A stretch of 64,000 nt of DNA from an uncultured Candidatus Melainabacteria bacterium (GCA_934718135.1 CAKUZW010000001.1:200714-264713); one strand, 5' to 3'; counted from the stretch's first letter, positions 9,371 through 18,883 are shown. Notes: generated from the letters alone by a model not told the origin. Numbers and translations: made by a program.

Positions 9371-10579
9371 GTGGAAAATAATTATAAAATTCAAAAGATG
9401 AATGCGGCAATAAAATCATTAGAGGATAATGATAAAAAGCGTGTTGAAACAATACAGAAAATAAATACTGAACTTGAAGGCTTTGAATCCGAAAGAAAAA
9501 GTTATTTAGTAACAATGTTGTTGTTGGAACCTGTTTATCTTTTATTGTGCTTGGGTTTTGGCTATTTAGTATTTTATCTTTATCAACATAATAAAACTGA
9601 TATTTTACCTGCTTTGGGCGGTTTTCTTTGTGGAGCTATTTCCTTTTTCTCCCTAGGTTGCTTTTTACTTTCTCCATCAAGTTATGATAAAGCTTTTAAA
9701 AATAAATTAAAAGAGTCTGAATGTATAAAATCTATCTACAACCTTTTAAATATTCAAAAATTTGATGTAAATAAAGACGATTCTTGGCAAAAGCTTTTAG
9801 TGAGCAGTAAATTATTTGCCAAGTTCAACGAAACTGTTTTTGATGACGGTTTTAAAGGTTCTATTGATGGTGTTAACTATATCATGAGCGAGTGTGAGTT
9901 GATAAACCATACAAATAAAGGTAAAAAAAATGAGAGTACAACAACGGTTTTTAAAGGGCTTGTCGTGAGTTTTGATTTCAATAAGCCAATTAACGCAGAT
10001 ACTATAATTAAATCTAAAAAAGATGAGAATATTAACAATACCTTCTTAACATCAAATAAAATAATTTTATTGCTTCTTGCTTTTGTTTTAATTAATGTTT
10101 TGGTTTTCTCCTTCTTCACCTTTGGAATTTTATCTTCAGGTTTTTTCTCTTTAGGAGTTTTATCTTCTTCATTTTTAAATTTTACTGTTCCTTGTGCAAT
10201 TCCGATTATTTTATTGATAATTGCAATTGTATTTTCTAAGAAGAATAAAATGCAAAAGGTAAAATTAGAAGATTGGAAATTTGATAAACGCTTTGATGTT
10301 CTTTCAACAAATCAAGTTGAAGCAAGATATTTAATTACACCATCATTTATGGAAAGATTGAAGAATTTGGAAACTGAATTTGGGACAAAAAATTTAAAGT
10401 GTTCATTCTTCAAAGATAAAATAATGTTTGCGATTTCTACTGACGTTGATTTATTTGAGTTTGGAAGTATGTATCATTCAATGAATAATTCAAAAGAAGC
10501 AGAAACTACATATAACCAAATAAAATCAATTCAAAATATGATAAAGCATTTCAAGCTAAATGAAAAGGCAGGGTTGTAA
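9371..10579 (+). CDS. DUF3137-like membrane protein (paralog 2)
   Basis: Same architecture as 8165-9322, with FDKRFDVLSTNQVEARYLITPSFMERLK. GTG start in the track; an ATG alternative lies at 9398. Confidence 0.6.
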   Translation: MENNYKIQKMNAAIKSLEDNDKKRVETIQKINTELEGFESERKSYLVTMLLLEPVYLLLCLGFGYLVFYLYQHNKTDILPALGGFLCGAISFFSLGCFLLSPSSYDKAFKNKLKESECIKSIYNLLNIQKFDVNKDDSWQKLLVSSKLFAKFNETVFDDGFKGSIDGVNYIMSECELINHTNKGKKNESTTTVFKGLVVSFDFNKPINADTIIKSKKDENINNTFLTSNKIILLLLAFVLINVLVFSFFTFGILSSGFFSLGVLSSSFLNFTVPCAIPIILLIIAIVFSKKNKMQKVKLEDWKFDKRFDVLSTNQVEARYLITPSFMERLKNLETEFGTKNLKCSFFKDKIMFAISTDVDLFEFGSMYHSMNNSKEAETTYNQIKSIQNMIKHFKLNEKAGL

Positions 10580-10581
10580 TT

Positions 10582-11298
10582 ATGGACTTGATAGAAGTAA
10601 AGCATGCAATAAAGACATACCAAACTGGAGAAGATTCATTCAACGCATTGAATGATGTATCTTTGTCTGTCAAAAAAGGGGAATTTGTTGCAATTATGGG
10701 AACATCCGGTTCCGGCAAATCAACTTTTATGAATATGTTAGGAACTCTGGATAAACCAAATTCCGGTTCATATTTTCTTGATGGTGAGGATATGTTGCAT
10801 CTTGATTCAAACAGACTTGCAATGGTAAGATGCGAAAAAATGGGTTTTGTTTTTCAAGGATTTAACCTTATTTCTCGAACTTCCGCACTTGACAATGTTA
10901 TGCTCCCAATGATTTACAAAGGAATTCCGGAAGATGAACGAATTAAACGTGCCGAATGGGCACTCAAAATTGTCGGACTTCAAAATAGAGAAGACCACAT
11001 GCCAAACCAAATGTCCGGTGGTCAACAACAACGTGTGGCAATCGCACGTGCTATTGTTAATGATGCTCCTTTGATTTTGGCGGATGAACCAACAGGAAAC
11101 TTGGATACTAAAACAAGTATTGAGGTTATGGAATTCTTTGTGAGACTGAATGAAGAAATGGGGAAAACAATTGTTCTTGTTACCCACGAACCTGATATTG
11201 CTGAATACACAAAAAGGGTAGTAAAATTCAAAGATGGAAACATAATTCTTGATGAACCTAAAGACGTTTGGTTATCTCACAGAACAAGAGAAACATAA
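10582..11298 (+). CDS. ABC transporter ATP-binding protein (MacB/LolD/DevA type)
   Basis: Walker A GTSGSGKST, signature MSGGQQQRVAIARA, Walker B LILADEPTGNLD. Confidence 0.92.
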   Translation: MDLIEVKHAIKTYQTGEDSFNALNDVSLSVKKGEFVAIMGTSGSGKSTFMNMLGTLDKPNSGSYFLDGEDMLHLDSNRLAMVRCEKMGFVFQGFNLISRTSALDNVMLPMIYKGIPEDERIKRAEWALKIVGLQNREDHMPNQMSGGQQQRVAIARAIVNDAPLILADEPTGNLDTKTSIEVMEFFVRLNEEMGKTIVLVTHEPDIAEYTKRVVKFKDGNIILDEPKDVWLSHRTRET

Positions 11299-11305
11299 TT
11301 TTATT

Positions 11306-11422
11306 GATAAGGAAAAAGAAAATAAGGAAAAAGGTCTTTATAATTAAATTAACATATTTAAAATATCAAAATTCTTAATGAACTTATTCCTCTATTCCCC
11401 TATTCCTTGTCCCATATTACAA
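11306..11422. repeat. MITE-like element between the ATPase and permease genes
   Basis: Imperfect inverted ends (aaggaaaaagaaaataaggaaaaagg ... cttattcctctattcccctattccttgtccc) around an AT-rich core. The right end matches the repeat family seen at 1653, 12682, 13151, 57035, 57110 and 57901. Confidence 0.55.
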
Positions 11423-11435
11423 AAGAAAGGCTATT

Positions 11436-12665
11436 ATGCTAGATTTCAAATCAATACTAAAAATGGCAACAGTGTCATTAAAAATAAATAAAATGCGTTC
11501 AATGCTAACGAGTTTAGGTATAATTATTGGAGTTAGTGCCGTAATTATCATGCTTGCTGTCGGATCAGGTGCCAGTAAAAAAATTGCAAAAGATATGGAA
11601 TCAATGGGAAGTAACCTTTTGATGATACGTTCAGCTTCTGCAAAATCCGGAGGGGTTCGAATGGGTATGGGAACCCGACCGACTTTGACAATGAAAGACG
11701 CAGAAGTTATTGAAACTAAAGCACGAGGGGTTCTTGCACTTGCTCCATATTCAGCAGAATCAAAACAATTAACCTATGGCAACCAAAACTGGTCAACGAC
11801 AGTTGGCGGTACAACTCAACCATACTTTTTAATAAGAAATTATGAAATTGAAACAGGGCGTGGATTTTTACCGGAAGATAATAAAAACAGTACAAAAGTT
11901 GCAATTATTGGGCAAACCGTTTCAACTGAACTGTTTGGAGATGTTGATCCGATAGGTAAAACTATTAGAATCGGCAACGTCCCATTTAAAGTTATCGGTC
12001 TTTTGAAAACAAAAGGTTCAAGTGGTATGGGACAAGATCAAGATGATTTAGTGTTTATTCCAATTACGACAGCTCAAAGAAAAGTTTTTGGAACAGATTT
12101 CCCCGGAACGGTCAGCATGATTGCCGTAAAAGCTCAAAATGACGAAGTTATTTCAATGACCCAAGAAGATATAACCGAAATTCTTCAACACAGACACCAT
12201 ATCGGGAAAAATCAAGATGTCGATTTTGAGATAAGAAATTTAGCAGAAATGCAAGAAACAATAAAATCTACAACCAAAACAATGTCACTATTATTGGGTG
12301 CGATTGCAGGGGTATCTCTTGTTGTTGGTGGTATTGGGATTATGAATATTATGTTGGTTTCCGTAACGGAAAGAACAAAAGAAATCGGAATTCGTATGGC
12401 AATTGGAGCTAAAGCATCCGATATCAGAATTCAATTTCTGATAGAATCATTCCTTCTTTCAATGATTGGAGGACTTATTGGGGTTGCAATCGGAATATTT
12501 GGGGCATATCTGATGCACAAATTTGCAGGCATGAATATTGCGATAACAATGTCTTCAATACTGTTATCTCTTGGATTTTCCGCCGCAATTGGAGTTGGAT
12601 TTGGATATTATCCCGCATACAAAGCTTCATTGCTAAATCCGATTGATGCCTTAAGGTATGAGTAA
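11436..12665 (+). CDS. ABC transporter permease (MacB periplasmic core + FtsX domain)
   Basis: N-terminal TM, large periplasmic domain, C-terminal three-TM FtsX-like block (ERTKEIGIRMAIGA). Confidence 0.9.
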   Translation: MLDFKSILKMATVSLKINKMRSMLTSLGIIIGVSAVIIMLAVGSGASKKIAKDMESMGSNLLMIRSASAKSGGVRMGMGTRPTLTMKDAEVIETKARGVLALAPYSAESKQLTYGNQNWSTTVGGTTQPYFLIRNYEIETGRGFLPEDNKNSTKVAIIGQTVSTELFGDVDPIGKTIRIGNVPFKVIGLLKTKGSSGMGQDQDDLVFIPITTAQRKVFGTDFPGTVSMIAVKAQNDEVISMTQEDITEILQHRHHIGKNQDVDFEIRNLAEMQETIKSTTKTMSLLLGAIAGVSLVVGGIGIMNIMLVSVTERTKEIGIRMAIGAKASDIRIQFLIESFLLSMIGGLIGVAIGIFGAYLMHKFAGMNIAITMSSILLSLGFSAAIGVGFGYYPAYKASLLNPIDALRYE

Positions 12666-13190
12666 GACTCTTATTAAGAGGCAAGGAAATAGGGAAATAA
12701 GTTCGTTACAGAAGATATTATACATGTCATTACGAGGAAAACGAACCGAGCAGAGTGCGGAGCTGTCTGCCAAAATGATAGGCTGTCCGCAGGACATATT
12801 TGGCAGACACGGAGTCACGTTTATGGCGAGGTGAAGTGTCAGGCAGAAATACGAAGTGACGTAGTAATCCCTAACAAATTATGCAATGGCGAGACTTGTC
12901 AGGGATTGTTACGTCGCTTTGTGTGCAAAATTACCAATAATAACAAAATTTCTTATCAATGTTATTGTGAACGGGTTTTCAAAAATTGTTCTTCAAGGAA
13001 ACTGTGATGTCACCCTGAACTTGATTCAGGGTCTGTTCATTTGATTTTTATTATCCATACTATATTTTCTTATTTAAATGTTTGGCTAGAAAGCTCAACC
13101 TACTTTTTTATAATCAATGTTGTTGTGTTTTAAGGAATTAATATATTTTGTAATGAACTTATTCCCTTGTTCCTTTTTTCCTATAAAAAT
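12666..13190. repeat. 525-bp non-coding stack of palindromic repeats
   Basis: 12682-12709 (inverted gtaacgaac...family), GC-rich hairpins at 12760-12935, 13008-13046 (short inverted copy of the 1344/41923 element), 13082-13107 (matches 57873-57898), 13151-13184. Confidence 0.7.
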
Positions 13191-13191
13191 A

Positions 13192-13236
13192 TCGGGATGA
13201 CAGGATTTGAACCTGCGGCCCCTTCGTCCCGAACGA
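13192..13236 (-). repeat. island attachment-site direct repeat (orphan copy of the 3' 45 nt of tRNA-Pro)
   Basis: Perfect 45/45 identity to 29811-29855 (tcgggatgacaggatttgaacctgcggccccttcgtcccgaacga) in the same orientation. It lacks the CCA and the 5' half of the tRNA. Confidence 0.85.
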
Positions 13237-13351
13237 GATTTTTAGAGTTTTCATAATATCACTTAAACGTACTTAAATGCCCTATTTATAAATATTCCAG
13301 CTTATTTAATTCGTTTAATGATTTTTATGTTTCCTTACGTTTTTTCTTTGC

Positions 13352-13374
13352 AATTACATAATAATTACATAATG
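13352..13374. repeat. tandem 11-mers aattacataat x2 (candidate arm-type integrase sites, distal end)
   Basis: The same 22-bp string attacataataattacataatg recurs at 29738-29759. In the excised circle the two copies would flank the 45-bp core. Confidence 0.4.
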
Positions 13375-13383
13375 TACATTGTT

Positions 13384-14334
13384 TTATTTTTCTTCAATAT
13401 GAAAGCTTGAAATAGTTCCTTTGAAACCACATTCCAATAAAGTATCTGTAAAGTGTTTTCGTTTAAACTCATCATCATAGTCATTTATAAAAAAGCGAAT
13501 ATTGCTAGTATTAATGATACTGCAAATTTCTTTCAAATAATATTTATCAGCTCGGGAGAAAGAAAAACCATAAGAATAAATATCTAATGTAGAGTTGCAA
13601 GCAATAACACACAATTCATTAAAAAAGCCTTTATGTTTATTGAATGCTTCCTTTGCATTTTTTCTTAAATCAAAAAACAACCTTTTCAATGAATACTCAG
13701 CTCCAAACCAATATTTTTCATATTCTTCACTAGGACAATAGCTTTCACCATGCCCAAAATAGATTTTATCATTTACTGTTCCATGAATATGACAAACCTT
13801 TTTAATATTATATAAGTCTTGAAGAGTGCTTGTATAATTAAAATTCAAAAATAAATCATTCTGTGGGCTAATTAGCTCCATAAATTCTTTTTTGGGGGTT
13901 GTTGCTATTTTTATTGTTTTAACCCACTCTTGAAAATAATTGTTAATTTGGCAAATTGCACCACAAAGTTGCTTAGAGAAATCTTGGTTTCTGCAATATG
14001 TATCTCTTATATAATTATCATCTTCGGGATTGTACTCTCCGTAATCATCTAAAAAATGAGAATATTGTAAACATCCTAAAGAGTCTTCCACCTCATTCCA
14101 ATCAACACCCTCTGTGTCATCTAGAACCTTTAATATGCTTTTAACAACATCAACGTCATTATATTGTTCATCTCCATCAGGCATTAATGTTGCTTGAGGA
14201 ACATCACAAAATGTATATGGCATATATTCTCCATTTAAATAATTGTCTATAAGAAATTGCCTAAAATCAGAATATTTTGTTTCCATTCCATGGGCTAAAT
14301 CAAATCCGTTACCAATAATAAATAACTTTGCCAT
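13384..14334 (-). CDS. AbiH-family abortive-infection protein
   Basis: N-terminus MAKLFIIGNGFDLAHGMETKYSDF matches the AbiH signature (IIGNGFDL.HGL.T.Y.DF). Start moved from 14382 to the ATG at 14334 on homology grounds. No good RBS at either start. Confidence 0.8.
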   Translation of the reverse strand: MAKLFIIGNGFDLAHGMETKYSDFRQFLIDNYLNGEYMPYTFCDVPQATLMPDGDEQYNDVDVVKSILKVLDDTEGVDWNEVEDSLGCLQYSHFLDDYGEYNPEDDNYIRDTYCRNQDFSKQLCGAICQINNYFQEWVKTIKIATTPKKEFMELISPQNDLFLNFNYTSTLQDLYNIKKVCHIHGTVNDKIYFGHGESYCPSEEYEKYWFGAEYSLKRLFFDLRKNAKEAFNKHKGFFNELCVIACNSTLDIYSYGFSFSRADKYYLKEICSIINTSNIRFFINDYDDEFKRKHFTDTLLECGFKGTISSFHIEEK

Positions 14335-14452
14335 AATTATTATACTGCTCCATCTAGTGCATCGACCTAGGTATTTTATCATTATTATAAATCATAAATT
14401 AAAAATAATTATATAAATTCTCTTATGTACACAAACATAAGGAATTTAGAAC

Positions 14453-15019
14453 ATGAAAGAAAATATATTTAAAACCCTAGGAGCAAGTAACCATTCAAGA
14501 CATGAAAGACAGGCGGAGGATTATTATGCAACCGACCCTATTGCTGCAAAATTATTATTAGAAGTTGAACCCGAGTTAAACAATATTTGGGAATGTGCGT
14601 GTGGGGAGGGGCATTTAGCACGTGTTTTCGATAAAGAAGGCAAATTAAGGAAATCAACCGACCTTATAAATAGAGGTTATGGAGATATTGAAGATTTTTT
14701 ATTAAATACAGAACCATATCATAATGGTGATATAGTTACGAATCCTCCGTATAAATTTGCTCAAGAATTTATTGAACAGGCATTGCGTAAGGTTGATACA
14801 GGTAGAAAAGTATGTATGTTCTTAAAAGTCTTATTTCTTGAAACTCAAAAACGCAAACAACTTTTTACGAAGTATCCACCCATATATATTTCAAGTTATC
14901 GTATAAACTGTGCAAAAAACGGTGATTTCAAGACTTACAAACAAAGTGCAATTGCTTATACTTGGCTTGTTTGGGTAAAAGGGTATCAAGGTGAAACTAT
15001 TATAAAGTGGATTAACTAA
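14453..15019 (+). CDS. small SAM-dependent (probably N6-adenine DNA) methyltransferase
   Basis: Motif I-like WECACGEGHL followed by motif IV DIVTNPPY. 188 aa with no target-recognition partner. Divergent from AbiH. Confidence 0.7.
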   Translation: MKENIFKTLGASNHSRHERQAEDYYATDPIAAKLLLEVEPELNNIWECACGEGHLARVFDKEGKLRKSTDLINRGYGDIEDFLLNTEPYHNGDIVTNPPYKFAQEFIEQALRKVDTGRKVCMFLKVLFLETQKRKQLFTKYPPIYISSYRINCAKNGDFKTYKQSAIAYTWLVWVKGYQGETIIKWIN

Positions 15020-15044
15020 TCTAATGATAGATATTATACAATTC

Positions 15045-16130
15045 CTATAGGATATTTTCATACTTTTCATTTAAAAAATATTTGCGTTTACGCCCTTCGC
15101 CTTCATAATGAAGAAAACCAGAATTTACCCATTCTGAAACTAATAAACGTGCAGTTCTTGGAGCGAATTTAAAAAATTCTGCTACATCCTTTGTTGATAT
15201 ATATTTTTGAGATTCAAACAAATTCAAAATTTGTCGCTGCTTTGAGTCGAGCTCTCTTAATACTTTTACTTCATCTTTTGTATTCTTATTTTCTTCTGCT
15301 TTTTTATAAACAGAATTAAACGCAATAGTCATACCATTGACAAAGTATTCAATCCATTTTGTAATATCTGATTCTGCACGTCCTAAGTAGTAGTTGTGCG
15401 ATTTACCAATAGTTATGGCATCATAGTAGCCTTGTAAATCTTTTGCATAATATTCTTCTAGAGAATATATCCCTTTTAGGTCGTACCCTCCTTTATGTAG
15501 AGCTAATGTAGTTAAAAGCCTTGCAGTTCTGCCATTACCATCAAAATATGGGTGAATGGTAACAAATTGATAATGGATAATTGCAGCTTTAATTGGTACA
15601 GGAATATCATTTGTTGTATTTATCCAATTTACAAATTCTTTCATTAACATTGGAACATCTTTAGCCTCTGGAGGCATATATACAATATTCCCAGATAAAG
15701 AATCTGTTATTACATTTTGCCCCTCTCGATATTCAGTTGGTTTTACCTTTTTACTTCCCCCACCTTCAACAAGTGCATGAATTTGCTTTATGTGTTTTTC
15801 TGTAATAGTTGCTTTTTCTTTAGTTAATTTTTCTATATAATCTAAGGCAATATAATATCCTTTGATTTCTTTTTCATCTCTAATTCTTCCTGTATTAGAA
15901 ATTACTTTGTTCGGATTCTTTAGTACATTATATACTTCTTCTTGAGAAAGCCTGTTTCCTTCTATTTGAGTAGAATAGTGGATAGTTGTCATTTTAGCCG
16001 TTTCTCTAAGGGAAGTAAGGAGTTTGGGATTTATTGGTAAACTTTTAATACCCTCTTTAACCCTTTCAATTTGAATAAGATTATTAGCGATTGAATTTGT
16101 AATCTCGTATTTGGGTTCAAATTTTGCCAT
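15045..16130 (-). CDS. Fic-family protein (AMPylase-type) with N-terminal inhibitory motif and C-terminal winged helix
   Basis: Fic motif HPYFDGNGRTARLL, inhibitory helix motif STQIEGN ((S/T)xxxE(G/N)), AAGGAG RBS. Confidence 0.9.
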   Translation of the reverse strand: MAKFEPKYEITNSIANNLIQIERVKEGIKSLPINPKLLTSLRETAKMTTIHYSTQIEGNRLSQEEVYNVLKNPNKVISNTGRIRDEKEIKGYYIALDYIEKLTKEKATITEKHIKQIHALVEGGGSKKVKPTEYREGQNVITDSLSGNIVYMPPEAKDVPMLMKEFVNWINTTNDIPVPIKAAIIHYQFVTIHPYFDGNGRTARLLTTLALHKGGYDLKGIYSLEEYYAKDLQGYYDAITIGKSHNYYLGRAESDITKWIEYFVNGMTIAFNSVYKKAEENKNTKDEVKVLRELDSKQRQILNLFESQKYISTKDVAEFFKFAPRTARLLVSEWVNSGFLHYEGEGRKRKYFLNEKYENIL

Positions 16131-16248
16131 ATTAGCTCCTTATTTTTGCCACTATTTTGCCACATTCTTGCCACAAAGTCAAGGTTATGCTTATTATAAT
16201 GATTAATTCAAAAAATATTTATGTTACTATTTTTATGAGGTATATGAT

Positions 16249-16578
16249 ATGGGTATAAATTTTAGTTTTAATTCTTTTGGGAACAGTACACAAAATAATG
16301 CAATTACAGTAAATTATAACGATATTGATAAACTTTTAGAACACTTAAAAGAAGTTAATATTCCAAGTTCTGATATTTCCGAATTAAAAACCGCAATAGA
16401 ACTAGATAAAAAAGAAACTTCAAAAATGGATTCAGTAGGAAGAAATGTTCAAAAATGGTGTTTGTCTATTTTTGAAAAAGTTACATCTGGTTTGATAGTA
16501 AATACAACTTTACCAATAGTAAAAGAAAAAATCGCATCTATTTTATCTACTATTTATCAGTTTCCAGTTCAATTCTAG
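16249..16578 (+). CDS. hypothetical protein
   Basis: GAGGT RBS. No domain recognised. Its 3' end overlaps the convergent gene by 29 nt. Confidence 0.45.
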   Translation: MGINFSFNSFGNSTQNNAITVNYNDIDKLLEHLKEVNIPSSDISELKTAIELDKKETSKMDSVGRNVQKWCLSIFEKVTSGLIVNTTLPIVKEKIASILSTIYQFPVQF

Positions 16579-17224
16579 TATTTTGAGTACTTCCATCATA
16601 TGAATTAAAATTGTTTTGAATGAACTTATTAATGACAGGATTTATTGTGTCTTGCTGTTCCTTAGTTGGATTTTTAAACAAATTTTCCAACTCTGCACTA
16701 TTAAATTTATCCTCCATTTCAAACATTAAATCTAATAGTTTTGACCTTATTGTACTTAATACTCCTACGATAAAAGACTTTCCTATAGGTACGTATGCAT
16801 TAGTTACAACATAACCATTCACAATTGGCTCTGATAAAATTTGATATAATTCTGGAGGAATTGTTTTATAAATTTCTTCTTGCTTTGCAAGTTCTATTAA
16901 CTCTGAAATTTTTTCTGGAAATGCACAGAGAGTCAATTTTTCTAAACCGTGCTTTTTTAAATGACGCGTAGCAAGAGTAACATTAGCTCTTCTGCATTTC
17001 ATATTTTCAATTGTTCCCATTAAGCTACCCTTATATATTCGATAGGCTGGAACTTCGTTTTTATATCCATTAAGTTCAGAATTTACAAATGTGGCTAACT
17101 CTTTATTTTTAAGCTTATGTGCCAATACTTTTAATTTAAGTAAAATATCATTTAAAGGATATGAGGTTGTTGTCAAACCAGACAAGATTTCATTGTATAT
17201 ATCGCTCATAGCATTATTATACAA
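16550..17224 (-). CDS. AbiTii-like domain protein
   Basis: N-terminal LNDILLKLKVLAHKLKNKELATFVNSELNGYK resembles the AbiTii N-terminal helical domain (from memory). Start is ambiguous: TTG at 17224 or ATG at 17209. Confidence 0.6.
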   Translation of the reverse strand: MYNNAMSDIYNEILSGLTTTSYPLNDILLKLKVLAHKLKNKELATFVNSELNGYKNEVPAYRIYKGSLMGTIENMKCRRANVTLATRHLKKHGLEKLTLCAFPEKISELIELAKQEEIYKTIPPELYQILSEPIVNGYVVTNAYVPIGKSFIVGVLSTIRSKLLDLMFEMEDKFNSAELENLFKNPTKEQQDTINPVINKFIQNNFNSYDGSTQNTRIELETDK

Positions 17225-17364
17225 CTAGGAATTGATATGTCTAAAATTATTTAATAAAAAATTAATTATTTAAAATAAGAGCTCTTTTATTCTTACACAC
17301 ACAAACTCATTATGGTGCATAAGTTTATTGTGAGCAGGACACAATATATGTATCCTAGTTAGCC

Positions 17365-17652
17365 TTATTTAGAACTGTTTTCATGACCCTCTATCGGAGT
17401 TTTAGGAACAAATTTTAATTCATAACCAAATAATTCTGCTATATCCATTAGTTCTGTTATCTTAAATGATGCCCTTGCTAATTTGTTCTGTAAATTAGAA
17501 TCAGATGCTGAACGACCATACCGTCTATTAAGCTCTCGAGCTAGACGGTACACAGATGTATTATTCTCATCTAAAAACGTCCTTACAAGCGTCCTAGCCT
17601 GCTCTTTTCGTTCTTCTGTTGCTACATATTTGGGTGTTTCTGGATTACTCAT
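17365..17652 (-). CDS. small HTH-type DNA-binding protein (paralog of 918-1151)
   Basis: AGGAGG RBS. YRLARELNRRYG...NKLARASFKITELMDIAELFGYELKFVPK. Confidence 0.65.
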   Translation of the reverse strand: MSNPETPKYVATEERKEQARTLVRTFLDENNTSVYRLARELNRRYGRSASDSNLQNKLARASFKITELMDIAELFGYELKFVPKTPIEGHENSSK

Positions 17653-17799
17653 TTTGTCCTCCTATTTCTAGTATAACATCATATTTTTATAATTCACGTA
17701 AACGTAAAGTTTTATGTTGACAATTCCTCAAGACCGTTGACATTCCTAATAATTAGATACATCATGTTAACGTAACATATATAGTAAAAGGAGGTCAAA

Positions 17800-18090
17800 A
17801 TGACAAACGTAATTTACACAAACACAAACTTGGAAGACGAAATTAAAACTATCAAAGCTCTTGAAGCAAAATTACAAGAGTTAAAGGAATTAAAAGAAGA
17901 AAAAGAGAATCTTGTGAAAAAAGTTTTAGACGATGCAGGGATTGAAGAATTACAGGTTGGAACATTCACAGTCAGATTTACAAATGTTGTAAGAAATGGT
18001 TTCAACACATCCGCTTTCAAAAAGAAGTATTTAGAACTTTATAACGCTTTTATCAAACAAAGTTCTTACCGAAAATTCAGTATTTCATAG
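17800..18090 (+). CDS. hypothetical coiled-coil protein
   Basis: AAGGAGG RBS, followed by a terminator. No domain recognised. Confidence 0.5.
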   Translation: MTNVIYTNTNLEDEIKTIKALEAKLQELKELKEEKENLVKKVLDDAGIEELQVGTFTVRFTNVVRNGFNTSAFKKKYLELYNAFIKQSSYRKFSIS

Positions 18091-18092
18091 TT

Positions 18093-18117
18093 AAGTGGGG
18101 TAAATCCCCACTTTTAA
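18093..18117 (+). terminator. rho-independent terminator
   Basis: aagtgggg-taaat-ccccactt followed by a T-rich run, directly after the stop at 18090. Confidence 0.6.
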
Positions 18118-18186
18118 TATTAAATCTTTGGACTCCGCTGATAATAAGAGTTTGGGCAGATAATCATAAAATAAGGAAGTTAAAAA

Positions 18187-18780
18187 ATGAGTAAAATATT
18201 TGCATATATAAGGGTTTCTACTCGTGAACAAAACGAAAATAGACAACTTGATTCCCTTACAGGGTTCAAGGTTGATGAAATTTTTATAGAAAAAGCCAGT
18301 GGAAAGAATTTTGTAGGACGTGAAAAATATCAGCAAATGAAATCAAAACTTAGAAAAGGAGATTTGTTAGTTGTTAAAAGTATAGATAGGTTTGGTCGAA
18401 ATTATTCTCAGATTTGTAAAGAATGGGAGTCTATAATCAATATGGGGGTAGATATTCAAGTTCTTGATATGCCAATTTTAAATACTCGTAATAATCAAAA
18501 TGGATTGACAGGAAGATTGATTACCGATATTGTTTTGAAACTACTTGGATATGTTGCAGAGCGTGAAAGAGATAATATTAAAGTACGTCAAGCAGAAGGA
18601 ATCGCAAGTGCAAAATCAAGAGGAGTTAAATTTGGAAGACCGAATGCAGAAATTCCAAAAGATTTTATAAGGGCTTATGAATTATATAAGAATGGATTGA
18701 TAAAAGTTAAGGATGTAATGTCTATGTGTAATATTGCTAAAAGTACATTTTATAAATACCAAAAGTCTATAAAAGTATAA
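18187..18780 (+). CDS. serine recombinase (resolvase/invertase family)
   Basis: N-terminal IFAYIRVSTREQNENRQ with catalytic Ser, SIDRFGRN, C-terminal HTH. Confidence 0.9.
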   Translation: MSKIFAYIRVSTREQNENRQLDSLTGFKVDEIFIEKASGKNFVGREKYQQMKSKLRKGDLLVVKSIDRFGRNYSQICKEWESIINMGVDIQVLDMPILNTRNNQNGLTGRLITDIVLKLLGYVAERERDNIKVRQAEGIASAKSRGVKFGRPNAEIPKDFIRAYELYKNGLIKVKDVMSMCNIAKSTFYKYQKSIKV

Positions 18781-18883
18781 GTGCTTTTCATGTACCTTTT
18801 CTTTATAAAATAACAACTAAATTTCATTGATTTTACGTTGTACAAAATTGTCCACAAAAAGTACACTTTTTATAGACTGAAAT

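Noticed and set aside
12666-13190. CRISPR array (also considered for 1256-1778 and 57035-57925)
   Set aside because: The repeats belong to several different families and occur in both orientations. There is no constant repeat-spacer periodicity, and no cas genes are in the window.
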